From an uncultured Bifidobacterium sp. (GTDB lineage Bacteria; Actinomycetota; Actinomycetes; Actinomycetales; Bifidobacteriaceae), in the NCBI RefSeq assembly GCF_949292005.1, contig NZ_CASEXV010000025.1, forward strand, positions 51,186 to 115,185: a DNA stretch of 64,000 nt, given 5' to 3'. Positions 20,480-30,055 of the stretch are shown piece by piece; within the stretch, counting starts at the first letter, position 1, and each line of letters begins with the position of its first letter. The notes beneath the pieces were generated by a model that did not search any database, was not told where the DNA came from, and worked only from the letters and a program-made list of their open reading frames with translations. The position numbers were made by a program, and so were the translations under genes.

Positions 20480-21256
20480 TCAGCCGCGGCTCTTGCGAGT
20501 CTTCGCGTAAATCACGGCCATTCCCTTGAAGATCAGCTCGGGGTCGTAGACATCGATCGCGTCCGTATCGTTGGCGAAGATCCTGCCAAGTCCACCCGTG
20601 GCAACCACACGGAAGTTCTCTGCGATCTCCTCGTGGAACTGCTGGATCGTGCGCTCCACCCCGCCAAGGAACCCGTAATAAAGACCGGCTTGCATGGCCT
20701 CCCGCGTGTTGCGGGTCATAACCGTTTTCGGCCGCGTGATTTCGACCTCGGGCAGCTGGGCGGTGGAGCTCCACAGGGCGTTGGCTCCCGTGCGGATTCC
20801 CGTGGTGATCAGGCCGCTGACGATCGTCCCCGAAGCGTCCACATAGTTGAATGTCGTCGCCGTTCCGAAATCCGCGACCAGAACCGGTCCTCCGTATAGG
20901 TAGTACGCGCCCGCGCAGTCCGCGAGGCAGTCCGCACCCAGGGATTTGGGATCGTCGATCGCGATGCGGATTCCGGATCTCACGCCAGGACCCACAATCA
21001 TCGGATCGACATCGAGATAGGTCACGATGGAGGCACGGAACGAGTGCATGACTTTGGGGACCACCGACGACACTATGACATCGTCGATATCGGCCGCGCC
21101 CAGATTGTGGCGTGCGAGAAGCTCCGTGAGCAGCAGCCCATACTCGTCCGCCGTCCGCGGGGTACCCGTCGATATCCTATGCGTGGCGACGATGTCAGGT
21201 CCGTCAAGGAGTCCCAGAACGATGTTGGTGTTGCCGATGTCTACTGCGAGAAGCAT
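20480..21256 (-). CDS. coaX: Type III pantothenate kinase
   Basis: MLLAVDIGNTNIVLG, SSVVP, LGAD, ADFGTATTF, VATGG. Confidence 0.95.
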   Translation of the reverse strand: MLLAVDIGNTNIVLGLLDGPDIVATHRISTGTPRTADEYGLLLTELLARHNLGAADIDDVIVSSVVPKVMHSFRASIVTYLDVDPMIVGPGVRSGIRIAIDDPKSLGADCLADCAGAYYLYGGPVLVADFGTATTFNYVDASGTIVSGLITTGIRTGANALWSSTAQLPEVEITRPKTVMTRNTREAMQAGLYYGFLGGVERTIQQFHEEIAENFRVVATGGLGRIFANDTDAIDVYDPELIFKGMAVIYAKTRKSRG

Positions 21257-21492
21257 GGTGTCCCCCCCTGTGATGGATGCGGGTCGTCGTCGGAAGCCGT
21301 CGGCCTGCGCGGACGGCGCCATTGAGTGACCATCGTAGTCGTCTCGTGCGGCTCCGGGTATAGTCTGTAGTCGTGGCGGGCGACCCGGTGGGCGTCCAGC
21401 CGGATTCATATTTCATAATGCCATGCCGATGGGTCTCGAATCGTGCGCTGCCGCGATCCGTCACCGACGCGCATGAGGAAGGACGAACCCCG

Positions 21493-23151
21493 ATGGCCAG
21501 AGGAGTCGATGCGCGTACGGATCCCGACGCGACGTCGCGGGAGGACGGTCCCACGAAGGACAGCATGGGTGACGCTGGCTCGGCCGTCGCCGATTCGGAG
21601 TTGGATGCCCGCATGGTCGATCGGCGGACGCGCCGTCGCCGCCGCGCCCTCCTGTCGGCGCTTGTGGCCGTCATCGTCGTCGTCGCAGGGTGTGGGGCGG
21701 TGGCCGCTGTGGTGGCGATGCGCTCATCGACGGGGGGAGGACGGGCGGACACGGTGTCCATCGGACTCAAGCTGGCTCCCACGAATCTTGATATCCGCAC
21801 GCAGTCGGGGTCGGCGCTCGACCAGCTTCTGATCGGCAACGTCTATGAGGGGCTGGTCGCCCGGAATTCGGACAACAAGGTGGTTCCATCCCTGGCCAAA
21901 TCGTGGACGGTGTCATCCGATGGCCTCACCTACGATTTCATACTCAACACAGGTGAGACGTTTTCCAACGGCGACCAGCTCGATGCCACGGACGTCGTGT
22001 GGTCGATTCGTCAGCTTGTGGACAAATCGTATGTGGGATCGGATCTGATGGTCGGCTTCACATCGATTAGCGCCATCGGATCCCATCATGTTCGGATCAC
22101 GCTGTCGAAGCCCTATTCGAATTTCCTTTGGGTTCTGTCGGGTCGGTCGGGTCTGGTGTTGGATTCCCAGGCGTCGAATGACCTACGAACAAGCGCCGTG
22201 GGCTCTGGGCCCTATACTGTGTCGTCTTTCCATCAATCCAGTTCGGTGACGTTGAAGGCGAACCGATCGTATTGGGGTGGCACGTCGCCCCGAACTTCCA
22301 CCATAATCGTCCGCTACTTCTCTGATGACAACGCCGCATTGAACGCGCTGAAATCCGGGGACGTCCAGGTTCTTGCGCCGATAAGCCAGAATCTGGTCTC
22401 CTCGGTGGAATCCGATTCCCGGTACACGGTGTCGGTGGGGAATGGGACGGATAAGTTCGTGCTGGCGTTCAACTCCTCATCAGGACCGACGTCCGACATC
22501 AGGGTCCGTCGGGCCATCCGACACGCGATCGACCACAAGGAGCTCATCGTCTCCCGTGGAGGAGTGGACTCGGAGCTGGGAGGTCCCATACCCAGCCTTG
22601 ATCCGGGATATGAGGACCTCACCGGGATGTACACGTTGGATCGGGCGTTGTCGAAGAAGCTTCTCAAACAGGCCGGATACGACGAGGACCATCCCCTGAC
22701 GCTCACGTTGGAGTATGCCAACACGTATGGGACCCAGCTCGGGGAGCAGCTCAAATCCCAGCTCGCCACGGTGGGGATACGGTTGACCGTCCACGTTGTG
22801 GAGTTCGCCACATGGCTACGCGATGTCTACACGAACCATGACTACGAGCTCTCCTTGGTGGACCACAACGAGAGCCACGACTTCTACCAATGGGCCAATC
22901 CCGATTACTACTACGGATACGACAACGCTAAGGTCCAGGCGCTGTATAACGCGGCTATGCGGGCGAAATCGGACGCCGCCCGGGACAAGGCTTTGTCTCA
23001 GGCGGCGAGGATCGTCTCGCGGGATGCCGCGGCGGACTGGCTGTTCAATTATCGGATCACAACAGTATGGGCCTCCGGAGTGTCCGGTTTCCCGGTCAAC
23101 CTCAATCAGACCCTGATGCCTTTGTCCGATGTTGTCTGGACGAAGTCATAA
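21493..23151 (+). CDS. Di/oligopeptide ABC transporter substrate-binding protein (family 5), N-terminal TM anchor
   Basis: NVYEGLV, PSLAKSWTVSSDGLTYDF, GSGPY, VRRAIRHAID; GAGGAAGGA RBS before 21493. Confidence 0.9.
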   Translation: MARGVDARTDPDATSREDGPTKDSMGDAGSAVADSELDARMVDRRTRRRRRALLSALVAVIVVVAGCGAVAAVVAMRSSTGGGRADTVSIGLKLAPTNLDIRTQSGSALDQLLIGNVYEGLVARNSDNKVVPSLAKSWTVSSDGLTYDFILNTGETFSNGDQLDATDVVWSIRQLVDKSYVGSDLMVGFTSISAIGSHHVRITLSKPYSNFLWVLSGRSGLVLDSQASNDLRTSAVGSGPYTVSSFHQSSSVTLKANRSYWGGTSPRTSTIIVRYFSDDNAALNALKSGDVQVLAPISQNLVSSVESDSRYTVSVGNGTDKFVLAFNSSSGPTSDIRVRRAIRHAIDHKELIVSRGGVDSELGGPIPSLDPGYEDLTGMYTLDRALSKKLLKQAGYDEDHPLTLTLEYANTYGTQLGEQLKSQLATVGIRLTVHVVEFATWLRDVYTNHDYELSLVDHNESHDFYQWANPDYYYGYDNAKVQALYNAAMRAKSDAARDKALSQAARIVSRDAAADWLFNYRITTVWASGVSGFPVNLNQTLMPLSDVVWTKS

Positions 23152-23166
23152 CCCTGGGTCCGACCA

Positions 23167-23361
23167 TCACCGGCCGAACAGTTTGCCGAAAAGTCCCGGG
23201 CTTGCGGTGGATGACGACTGGCCCGACCCGTGCCTTGCCGAGGCCCCATGCCCGGGGCGCCACTGATCCTGCGGGATTCCCCGCATGACCTGATCGATAT
23301 GCATGCCGCATCCGGCCCAGGTCTTCTTTCCGCAGATGGGGCAGGTGACTTCGTAGCACAT
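23167..23361 (-). CDS. Small (64 aa) Cys/His-rich protein, putative metal or sulfur binding
   Basis: MCYEVTCPICGKKTWAGCGMHIDQVM...GLFGKLFGR; AAGGAG RBS; co-oriented after the csoR-like gene. Confidence 0.8.
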   Translation of the reverse strand: MCYEVTCPICGKKTWAGCGMHIDQVMRGIPQDQWRPGHGASARHGSGQSSSTASPGLFGKLFGR

Positions 23362-23433
23362 GATGTGTCTCCTTTTGTATGTGGTTGTTGATTGTGGTTG
23401 GTTGTTGGCCAATGTTCCGTACGGAACGGTTGT

Positions 23434-23787
23434 CTACGACAGCGTGAGAAAAAGCTTCTCAAGCTCGTCGATTGTGGGCTGCGAGTCGCCGGTGGATCCG
23501 TCGCCGACGCATTCGCGCATGGATGTGGCGATGATGAGGAATCCGACGCGGTCAAGAGCCTTGCTGACGGCGCTGAGCTGGGTGATGGTGTCGGCGCATG
23601 GCCGGCCGTCCTCCACGCTCGAGATGACGCCGTTGAGTTGTCCCGCGGCCCGTCTGAGCCTGTTGAGAACCGCGCGTCGCCTGTCGTCGCCCCGCGCGTC
23701 CGCTGATGGCGGTGTGTGTTCCGGCGAGGTGCCCGGCGTCGATTTCGTGGTGGGGTCGATGGTTGTTTTTCCGCCATTGTCGGTCAT
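23434..23787 (-). CDS. CsoR/RcnR-family repressor, CstR-like (persulfide-sensing type)
   Basis: NRLRRAAGQL, C-ADTITQLSAV, SMREC; two Cys present but Ser in place of the Cu-ligand His. Confidence 0.88.
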   Translation of the reverse strand: MTDNGGKTTIDPTTKSTPGTSPEHTPPSADARGDDRRRAVLNRLRRAAGQLNGVISSVEDGRPCADTITQLSAVSKALDRVGFLIIATSMRECVGDGSTGDSQPTIDELEKLFLTLS

Positions 23788-23788
23788 G

Positions 23789-25274
23789 TCACAGATGCCT
23801 TTCCAATGTGGTCATTCCTCCGGAGAGGACGCTTGACGTGATGTCGTTCTGGGCGAGGATCCGCTGCGCGAGATAAGCCCGTTTCCCCGACGCGCAGACC
23901 ACGAGCACAGGTCGACCGTCGGCGTCCCGGCGGATGGCCTCGATGTTCTCGCGTATCCGTGTGTGCGGGATGTTGACGGCCTGCGGCAGATGCCATTGGT
24001 CGAACTCGGCGGGCGTGCGCACATCAAGCACCATCATCGAGCCGATGGTCTCCGGCAGGTCGGTCGCCCGCGATCTGCGCCCCCAGAATGCGTCCGTCGA
24101 CGCCGATGTGCAGACGCATGTCGAGCGCGCATGCCCCCGGGAAGTATCCCGCATGCTGTGATGGCTGCAGGTGGATGGTCTGGAAGGGGATACCGGCCCG
24201 TTTCAGCGCCGTGGAGTTGGCTCCCGTGGCTCCGATCACGCTGTGGCCAATGCGGATGATCGCGGTCCCGAGCGTGGGAGGAAGTGGACGGGCATGGTCG
24301 GGGTCGAGGATCGCGTCGGCGACAAGGCGTCCCTCCCTGTTCGAGGGACCCGCCAGAGCCGCTGGATGGCGCTCGCCGGTGACCCGGTCCACGCGCATGG
24401 TCACGTCCCCGGCGGCCCAGATTCCCGGAATGCTGGTCGCGCCGTGCTCGTCCACGGTGATCCATCCACGCTCGTTGCGGATGCCGGTCGTTGTGAAGGG
24501 CTCCGAGTTGGGCCTTACGCCTGTGGCGACCAGAACAAGGTCGACATCCAGAACCGCGCCGTCCGAGAAAACGACGCGCAATGGCGCTGTCGGATGGTCG
24601 CCGGCCGCTGCGGGATTCTCGATGGCCTTCACGGTCGTTCCCATGCGCATGTCCGCGCCGAGTGCGAGCAGGGATTGGGTGGCGTATGAGGCGATGTCGG
24701 CGTCGACGAAGCCCAAGGGGTGGTCCCCCCCATCGATGACGCTGACGGAGGCTCCGGCGTCAAGGAGATTCTCCGCCGCCTCCACTCCGATGAATCCGGC
24801 TCCTACCACAGCAACTCGGGCGCGATGGCCGTCGGGAAATTCGTCCAGCATGGTCTTGATGGACACGGCGTCCTCGATGGTGCGCAGCGTGCTTACGCCG
24901 TCGTGGTCCAGCCCCGGGATCTGGGGTGTGGCCGAACGCGTTCCCGTGGCGATGACAACCGCGTCGTAGGGAACGTCGGACTCGGTTCCAGCCGTTCGCA
25001 CGCGCACGGTTGCGAAATCGGGGTCGATGCCGATCGCCTCATGACCGAGGCGGACGTCGATGTTCAGGGAGGCGCGCAATGAGTCCGGTGTCTCGACCTC
25101 CAGCGCCGCGCGTGTGGGGATGGTTCCGGACAGATGGTATGGCAGTCCGCAGCTGGCGCTTGACACATGGGCGGTTTTCTCCACCACGGTGATGTCGGCG
25201 TTCTCGTCCAGGCGTCGGGCGCGGGCCGCGCAGCTCATTCCGGCGGCCGTTCCGCCGATGATGACCAAGTGCAT
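23789..25274 (-). pseudogene. CoA-disulfide/persulfide reductase-rhodanese fusion (CoADR-RHD), internally deleted and frameshifted near 24067
   Basis: ORF 24024-25274 has GGTAAG FAD, SSASCGLPY redox Cys, GAGFIG NAD and GRILGAQ, then ends. The rhodanese domain (LDVRTPAEF, CASGKRA, LSGG) is in another frame. The intervening DKRID...YAPPF segment typical of the family is absent. Confidence 0.85.
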
Positions 25275-25332
25275 GGGCTGTCCTTTCGTTCACGGCTGTC
25301 GTGCGCGGTCGTATGTCCGCATGTCGACAAAA

Positions 25333-25348
25333 ATACCCCTGGGGGTAT
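25333..25348. promoter_or_regulatory. CsoR/CstR-family operator
   Basis: ATACCCCTGGGGGTAT (TAC-C tract-G tract-GTA pseudo-palindrome) about 60 nt upstream of the reductase start. Confidence 0.8.
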
Positions 25349-25582
25349 ATTGCGACACGCCGGATGACGCCCGGATGACCGCTGCGATCAATGTCCGCGG
25401 CGGTGTGGCACCGTGCAACTCGGTGCCGTTATGGACGAATTCGACGCGTGTTGCTGGGAGCGCGGTACAGTTGGTGGCGTCATCGTGGGCGTGTGGATCG
25501 CCGAGCCGGGATTCCGCGCCACTCACTATGGAATGGCCGCCACCGGATGTCGCTTCCGGGGCGGACCGGAGGTGGTGATTCT

Positions 25583-26539
25583 ATGCGTTATGCCGTGCGT
25601 CGAACGGTTGCGCTTATCGTGGCCCTGACCGTGTCGTCTATTGCCGTGTTCGCCGCGTTGCGAATCCTTCCAGGGGATTTGGCGACGGTGATGGCGGGGA
25701 CCGACGCGAGCGCCGAGCGGGTGGCGCAGCTGAGGGTCCAGTTGGGGCTGAACCACACGCTGCCCGATCAATACGTGTTGTGGCTTGGTGGACTGTTGCA
25801 TGGAGATCTGGGAACGTCCATGCTCACCGGCGCGACCGTGACCCATCAGATTGGATCGCGTGCGTCGGTGACCCTTCCGCTGGTTCTGCTGTCGATGGCC
25901 GTGTCGCTGCTTATCGGTGTTCCCGCGGGATGTCAGGCGGCTCTGGCGCGCGGTAAGCGCTCGCGATCCATCATCCACGCGATATCCCTGCTCGGCGGAG
26001 CCGTTCCGGCGATATGGGCGGGAATGCTGCTGATCCTTCTGTTCGGGTCCGGGGTTGGCGTGGTGCCGGTTCTGCCGTCACAGGGTTTTCCTGTCGACGG
26101 CTGGTCCGCCCCACTCGACGCTCTGCGATCATTGGCGCTTCCCGCGCTGACGGTCGGAATCATCGAAGGGGCCCAAGTCATGCGGTATGTCCGATCGGGA
26201 TTGTCGGGAGTTATGGACGACGATGCCGTGATGATGGCGATGGCCGGCGGGATGACCAGACGTGAGGCGGCCATGACCATAGGGATGCGGCTGGCCATGC
26301 CGCAGCTGGTGTCCGTTGCCGCGCTGGAGCTGGGAAGCATGATCACCGGGGTGATGGTTGTCGAAAGCCTTTTCGCGCTGCCTGGTCTGGGGGCCGGACT
26401 GGTGTCCGACGTGGGCAATCGCGATCTGGTCGTCGTCCAGAGCGAGTTGTTCCTTCTCTCCGCTGTTTTCCTTGTTCTTGGCTTCCTGGTCGACATGGCC
26501 CACCGGGCCCTCGATCCCCGTGTGGCGGTGAGGTCATGA
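25583..26539 (+). CDS. Peptide ABC transporter permease (DppB-like)
   Basis: LPGD, QLGLN-x-x-LPDQY, GDLGTS, VVESLFALPGLG, ALDPR; GGAGG RBS. Confidence 0.9.
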   Translation: MRYAVRRTVALIVALTVSSIAVFAALRILPGDLATVMAGTDASAERVAQLRVQLGLNHTLPDQYVLWLGGLLHGDLGTSMLTGATVTHQIGSRASVTLPLVLLSMAVSLLIGVPAGCQAALARGKRSRSIIHAISLLGGAVPAIWAGMLLILLFGSGVGVVPVLPSQGFPVDGWSAPLDALRSLALPALTVGIIEGAQVMRYVRSGLSGVMDDDAVMMAMAGGMTRREAAMTIGMRLAMPQLVSVAALELGSMITGVMVVESLFALPGLGAGLVSDVGNRDLVVVQSELFLLSAVFLVLGFLVDMAHRALDPRVAVRS

Positions 26540-27453
26540 GGCGGCGCGAAACCATGGGACGGCGTGGAACCATGGGACGGCGCGATGGCAAGGCGGGTCG
26601 CGTCGCGCGTCATGTTCTTTCGACCCCATCGGGGATCTTCGCCAGCGTGATGCTCGCCGTGTGGATCGTCGTGGCGGTGGTCTCCCTGTTCTGGACCCCA
26701 GTGCCGGTGGGGGATTCCGACGGCTATCACGTCTGGCTGGCTCCCTCGCCAAGCCATTGGCTGGGAACCGACGGGTCGGGGTTCGATGTGTTCAGCTGGC
26801 TTATGGCCGGGTCGGCCGTGGAGCTGAGAATCGTCGTGATGGTTGTGGTGCTCGCCGCGATCGAGGGGGGAATCCTCTCCCTGGCGATGACCATGTCATC
26901 ACCCTACGTGTCCGATGTCGTGGTGGTGGCCGTGGACGCGATGATATCCATACCGGTGGTGCTTCTAGCGCTGTTGTTCTCTGTGCCGTGGAGCGGATCG
27001 ATCGGTGTGGTCGTCGCCGCGTGCGGAATCGGATATGGATTGAACTTTGCGCGCGTCGTGCGACCTGTGGCGTTGTCGGTGTCCCGGTCGGCCTTCGTCG
27101 AGTCGTCCCGCGTCTCCGGAGGGTCGCGATGGCGCGCGTGGCGTTCGCATGTTCTTCCCCACTGCCTCCCCACGGCCATCGTGCAGTTGTCCATGGCGGC
27201 GGGAACCGCGATTTTGGCTGAGTCCGGCCTGACGTATTTGGGGGTGGGCGTTCCATCCGGAACCCCCAGTTGGGGACGCTCCCTGTCCGTGTCCTCCCAG
27301 CTGATCGCCATACATCCGTTGACCGCGCTCTGGTCGGGGCTGATTGTCACTCTTATGGTGGCGGCCTGCGGATTGTGGGGCGATGCCCTACGTGACGCCA
27401 TCGACCCGATGGTCAACGTGTCTCTTCGGCTCGATGATGGGGATGGTGAGTGA
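26536..27453 (+). CDS. Peptide ABC transporter permease (DppC-like)
   Basis: PSPSHWLGTD, AESGLTYLGVG, PSWG, GDALRDAIDP. Confidence 0.9.
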   Translation: MRRRETMGRRGTMGRRDGKAGRVARHVLSTPSGIFASVMLAVWIVVAVVSLFWTPVPVGDSDGYHVWLAPSPSHWLGTDGSGFDVFSWLMAGSAVELRIVVMVVVLAAIEGGILSLAMTMSSPYVSDVVVVAVDAMISIPVVLLALLFSVPWSGSIGVVVAACGIGYGLNFARVVRPVALSVSRSAFVESSRVSGGSRWRAWRSHVLPHCLPTAIVQLSMAAGTAILAESGLTYLGVGVPSGTPSWGRSLSVSSQLIAIHPLTALWSGLIVTLMVAACGLWGDALRDAIDPMVNVSLRLDDGDGE

Positions 27454-29039
27454 TGGGTGTGAGTATCGAAGGTCTGACGGTGTCGATCGGCGGCAAGGAT
27501 GTCGTGCGTGGAGTCGATGTGTCCGTCGGACAGGGTGAACGAGTCGGTCTGGTCGGGGCATCCGGTTCGGGGAAAACGATGATATCGAAGGCCATTATGG
27601 GGCTTCTCCCCATTCAGGCAGACGTCTCCGGAAGCATCCGCCTTGGAGGGCGTCAGATCGTGGGATGCGCGGACGGCGACATGGCGGATATCAGGGGTCG
27701 TGACATCGCCTTGGTGCCTCAGAATCCCATGACTGCGCTCAACCCGGTTGAGCGGGTCGGATGGCAGGTGGGACGCGCCCTGCGGATACACACCGATCTG
27801 GATCGAGGCCGCCGCCGGGCATGCGTGCTGCGCGCCTTGGAGTCGGTGGGATTGGACCCGGAGGTCGCGGGCAGATATCCCCATGAGCTGTCCGGCGGAC
27901 AATGCCAGCGTGTGTGCATGGCTGCGGCGATTGTCACGTCGCCGCGTCTGATTATCGCGGATGAGCCGACGACGGCGCTGGATTCGCTGGCCCAGCGTGA
28001 GGTCATCGAGCTTCTTATCCGCCTTGTGGAGAGGACGGGATCGTCTCTGCTGTTCATCACCCACGATTACGCGGTTCTGTCACGGGTGGTGACGCGGACA
28101 TATGTGGTGGATGGGGGGTGCGTCGTCGAATCCGCTCCCATTGCGGATCTGATCGCGGCCCCGAAAAGCCCCGCTGGAGTCAGACTGGCGAGTGCGGCGC
28201 GATTCCTGACATTGGGTCGCGTGTCGGGTGAGGTGGTCTCGCGCTCGCAGAAGCCGGCTATGCGAAGTTCCGTGGAACCGGTTCTGAGCGCGCGGGGTCT
28301 GACGGTTTTCCGTGGTGCCGGGCACGCCAGAGTGAGGATTCTCGAGGATGTCGATCTGGACGTCGCATCGGGAAGGGCCCTGGCTGTCATCGGCGGTTCG
28401 GGATCGGGGAAGACCACTCTGGTCCGCGCATTGCTGGGGTTGGAGAACGACAGAGGCGGATCCGTGTCATACCGCGGTTTGGCCGTCGCGGAACCGACGT
28501 CGCCGGGGTGTCGGGCCTTAAGACGTGAGGCTTCGATGGTGTCCCAGAGCCCCTTCGCATCGCTCGACCCATGGTGGTCGGTGGAGCGAAGCGTGGCGGA
28601 GCCATTGCGGATCGCCGGATGGAAGGATCGCGCGAAGATCCGCGCCCGTGTCGAGTGGGCCTTGACCGTGGTGGGTCTGGAACCGAGCCTGTTCATGCGA
28701 CGGTATCCCGTCGATCTCTCCGGCGGGCAGGCCCAGCGTGTGGCACTTGCCCGGGCCATGTCCACACGGCCGCATGTGATCGTGGCCGACGAGCCGATGA
28801 GCGCCCTTGACGTCGTGTCCAGAACGCAGGTGATCGACGCCTTCGCTGCGATGCGGGAGGCGAGTCCCGACATGGCCCTTGTCATCGTCTCGCATGATCT
28901 GGGAGTGGTGCACAGGATTGCCGATGACGTGGTCGCGCTTCATGACGGGCGTGTCGTCGAGCGAAATCGGGTGGGTGACCTCATAGCCAAGCCACGGTCG
29001 CAGTATGTCCGTTCCCTGGTCGACGCAGCCACCATGTGA
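27450..29039 (+). CDS. Peptide ABC transporter ATPase with two fused NBDs (DppD/F-like)
   Basis: Two Walker A motifs (GASGSGKT, GGSGSGKT), two LSGGQ signatures and two ADEP motifs. Confidence 0.92.
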   Translation: MMGVSIEGLTVSIGGKDVVRGVDVSVGQGERVGLVGASGSGKTMISKAIMGLLPIQADVSGSIRLGGRQIVGCADGDMADIRGRDIALVPQNPMTALNPVERVGWQVGRALRIHTDLDRGRRRACVLRALESVGLDPEVAGRYPHELSGGQCQRVCMAAAIVTSPRLIIADEPTTALDSLAQREVIELLIRLVERTGSSLLFITHDYAVLSRVVTRTYVVDGGCVVESAPIADLIAAPKSPAGVRLASAARFLTLGRVSGEVVSRSQKPAMRSSVEPVLSARGLTVFRGAGHARVRILEDVDLDVASGRALAVIGGSGSGKTTLVRALLGLENDRGGSVSYRGLAVAEPTSPGCRALRREASMVSQSPFASLDPWWSVERSVAEPLRIAGWKDRAKIRARVEWALTVVGLEPSLFMRRYPVDLSGGQAQRVALARAMSTRPHVIVADEPMSALDVVSRTQVIDAFAAMREASPDMALVIVSHDLGVVHRIADDVVALHDGRVVERNRVGDLIAKPRSQYVRSLVDAATM

Positions 29040-29062
29040 CCGATATCCGACAACGGAACCGG

Positions 29063-30055
29063 TCAGACCACCCTGTTGACGGATGAGCCCGTGAAGAATC
29101 CTGCGATCGCGCGCACGACCTGATCGCTGAGAGCTCGATATGCCTCGTCGTCGCGCCACGCCACATGCGGAGTGAGGATGGTTCCGGGTGCGGATCGGAG
29201 CGGGTCGTCCTGAGGCAGAGGCTCCTTGTCGAACACGTCGAGTCCGGCCAGAAGATCGCCCCGCAGCAGCCGGTCGGCTAGAGCCCCGGGCCGGATTACC
29301 TCGGCGCGGGCGGTGTTGACGATGATCGTCCCCGGACGGAGACGGTTCAGATGCTCGGATGTGATGATTCCCCTTGTTGATGTGGTGAGGGGAAGATGGA
29401 TGCTCACCACATCGCTGTGGTGAAGAAGATCCCCAAGATCATCGACCGGCGTGACGTGGTGGGACGCGACGGCGTCGGCGTGCAGATGCGAGTTCCATAC
29501 CAACGTCGGCATTCCGAATCCGGAGGCCATGTCCGACACGGCCTGCGCTATGCCTCCGAATCCCACCAGTCCCAAGGTCTTCCCGTGCAGTCCGATGCCG
29601 TCGACGCCCGACCATCCTCCGGATCTGACGATGGAGTCGAGTCTTCCGACCTGACGAGACAGCTCCATGATCAGAGCGAAGGCGTGCTCGGCCACCGCAT
29701 GATCTCCATAGCGCACCACATTCGTCACCGCGATGCCCTGCTCCCTCGCCCGTGCGAGGTCGATGTAGCTCGCCACTCCGGTCCCCCCGAAGGAGAAGCA
29801 GCGCACATGGTCCGCCAGACGGGTGAACATCGATTCGGACACATGGAATCCGATGACCATCACGGCGTCGGCGTCCGCGCAGCGGTCCACTATGACGTTC
29901 TCGTCGAGCGTCGCATCGTCATGGATGCTGACGCGGGCGATGTCGTGCAGCACCGGAAGTGCGGCTTTGAAAGGCTCTGTCATGGAAGGGATGATGCTCG
30001 GCATAACGACCAGGGGGAGGTCGGTTCTATCCGATTGCGTGACGATGAGGCTCAT
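29063..30055 (-). CDS. D-isomer-specific 2-hydroxyacid dehydrogenase
   Basis: AVAEHA, GKTLGLVGFGGI, VSIHLPLT, VNTARA, LDVFDKEP, LTPHVAW. Confidence 0.9.
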   Translation of the reverse strand: MSLIVTQSDRTDLPLVVMPSIIPSMTEPFKAALPVLHDIARVSIHDDATLDENVIVDRCADADAVMVIGFHVSESMFTRLADHVRCFSFGGTGVASYIDLARAREQGIAVTNVVRYGDHAVAEHAFALIMELSRQVGRLDSIVRSGGWSGVDGIGLHGKTLGLVGFGGIAQAVSDMASGFGMPTLVWNSHLHADAVASHHVTPVDDLGDLLHHSDVVSIHLPLTTSTRGIITSEHLNRLRPGTIIVNTARAEVIRPGALADRLLRGDLLAGLDVFDKEPLPQDDPLRSAPGTILTPHVAWRDDEAYRALSDQVVRAIAGFFTGSSVNRVV

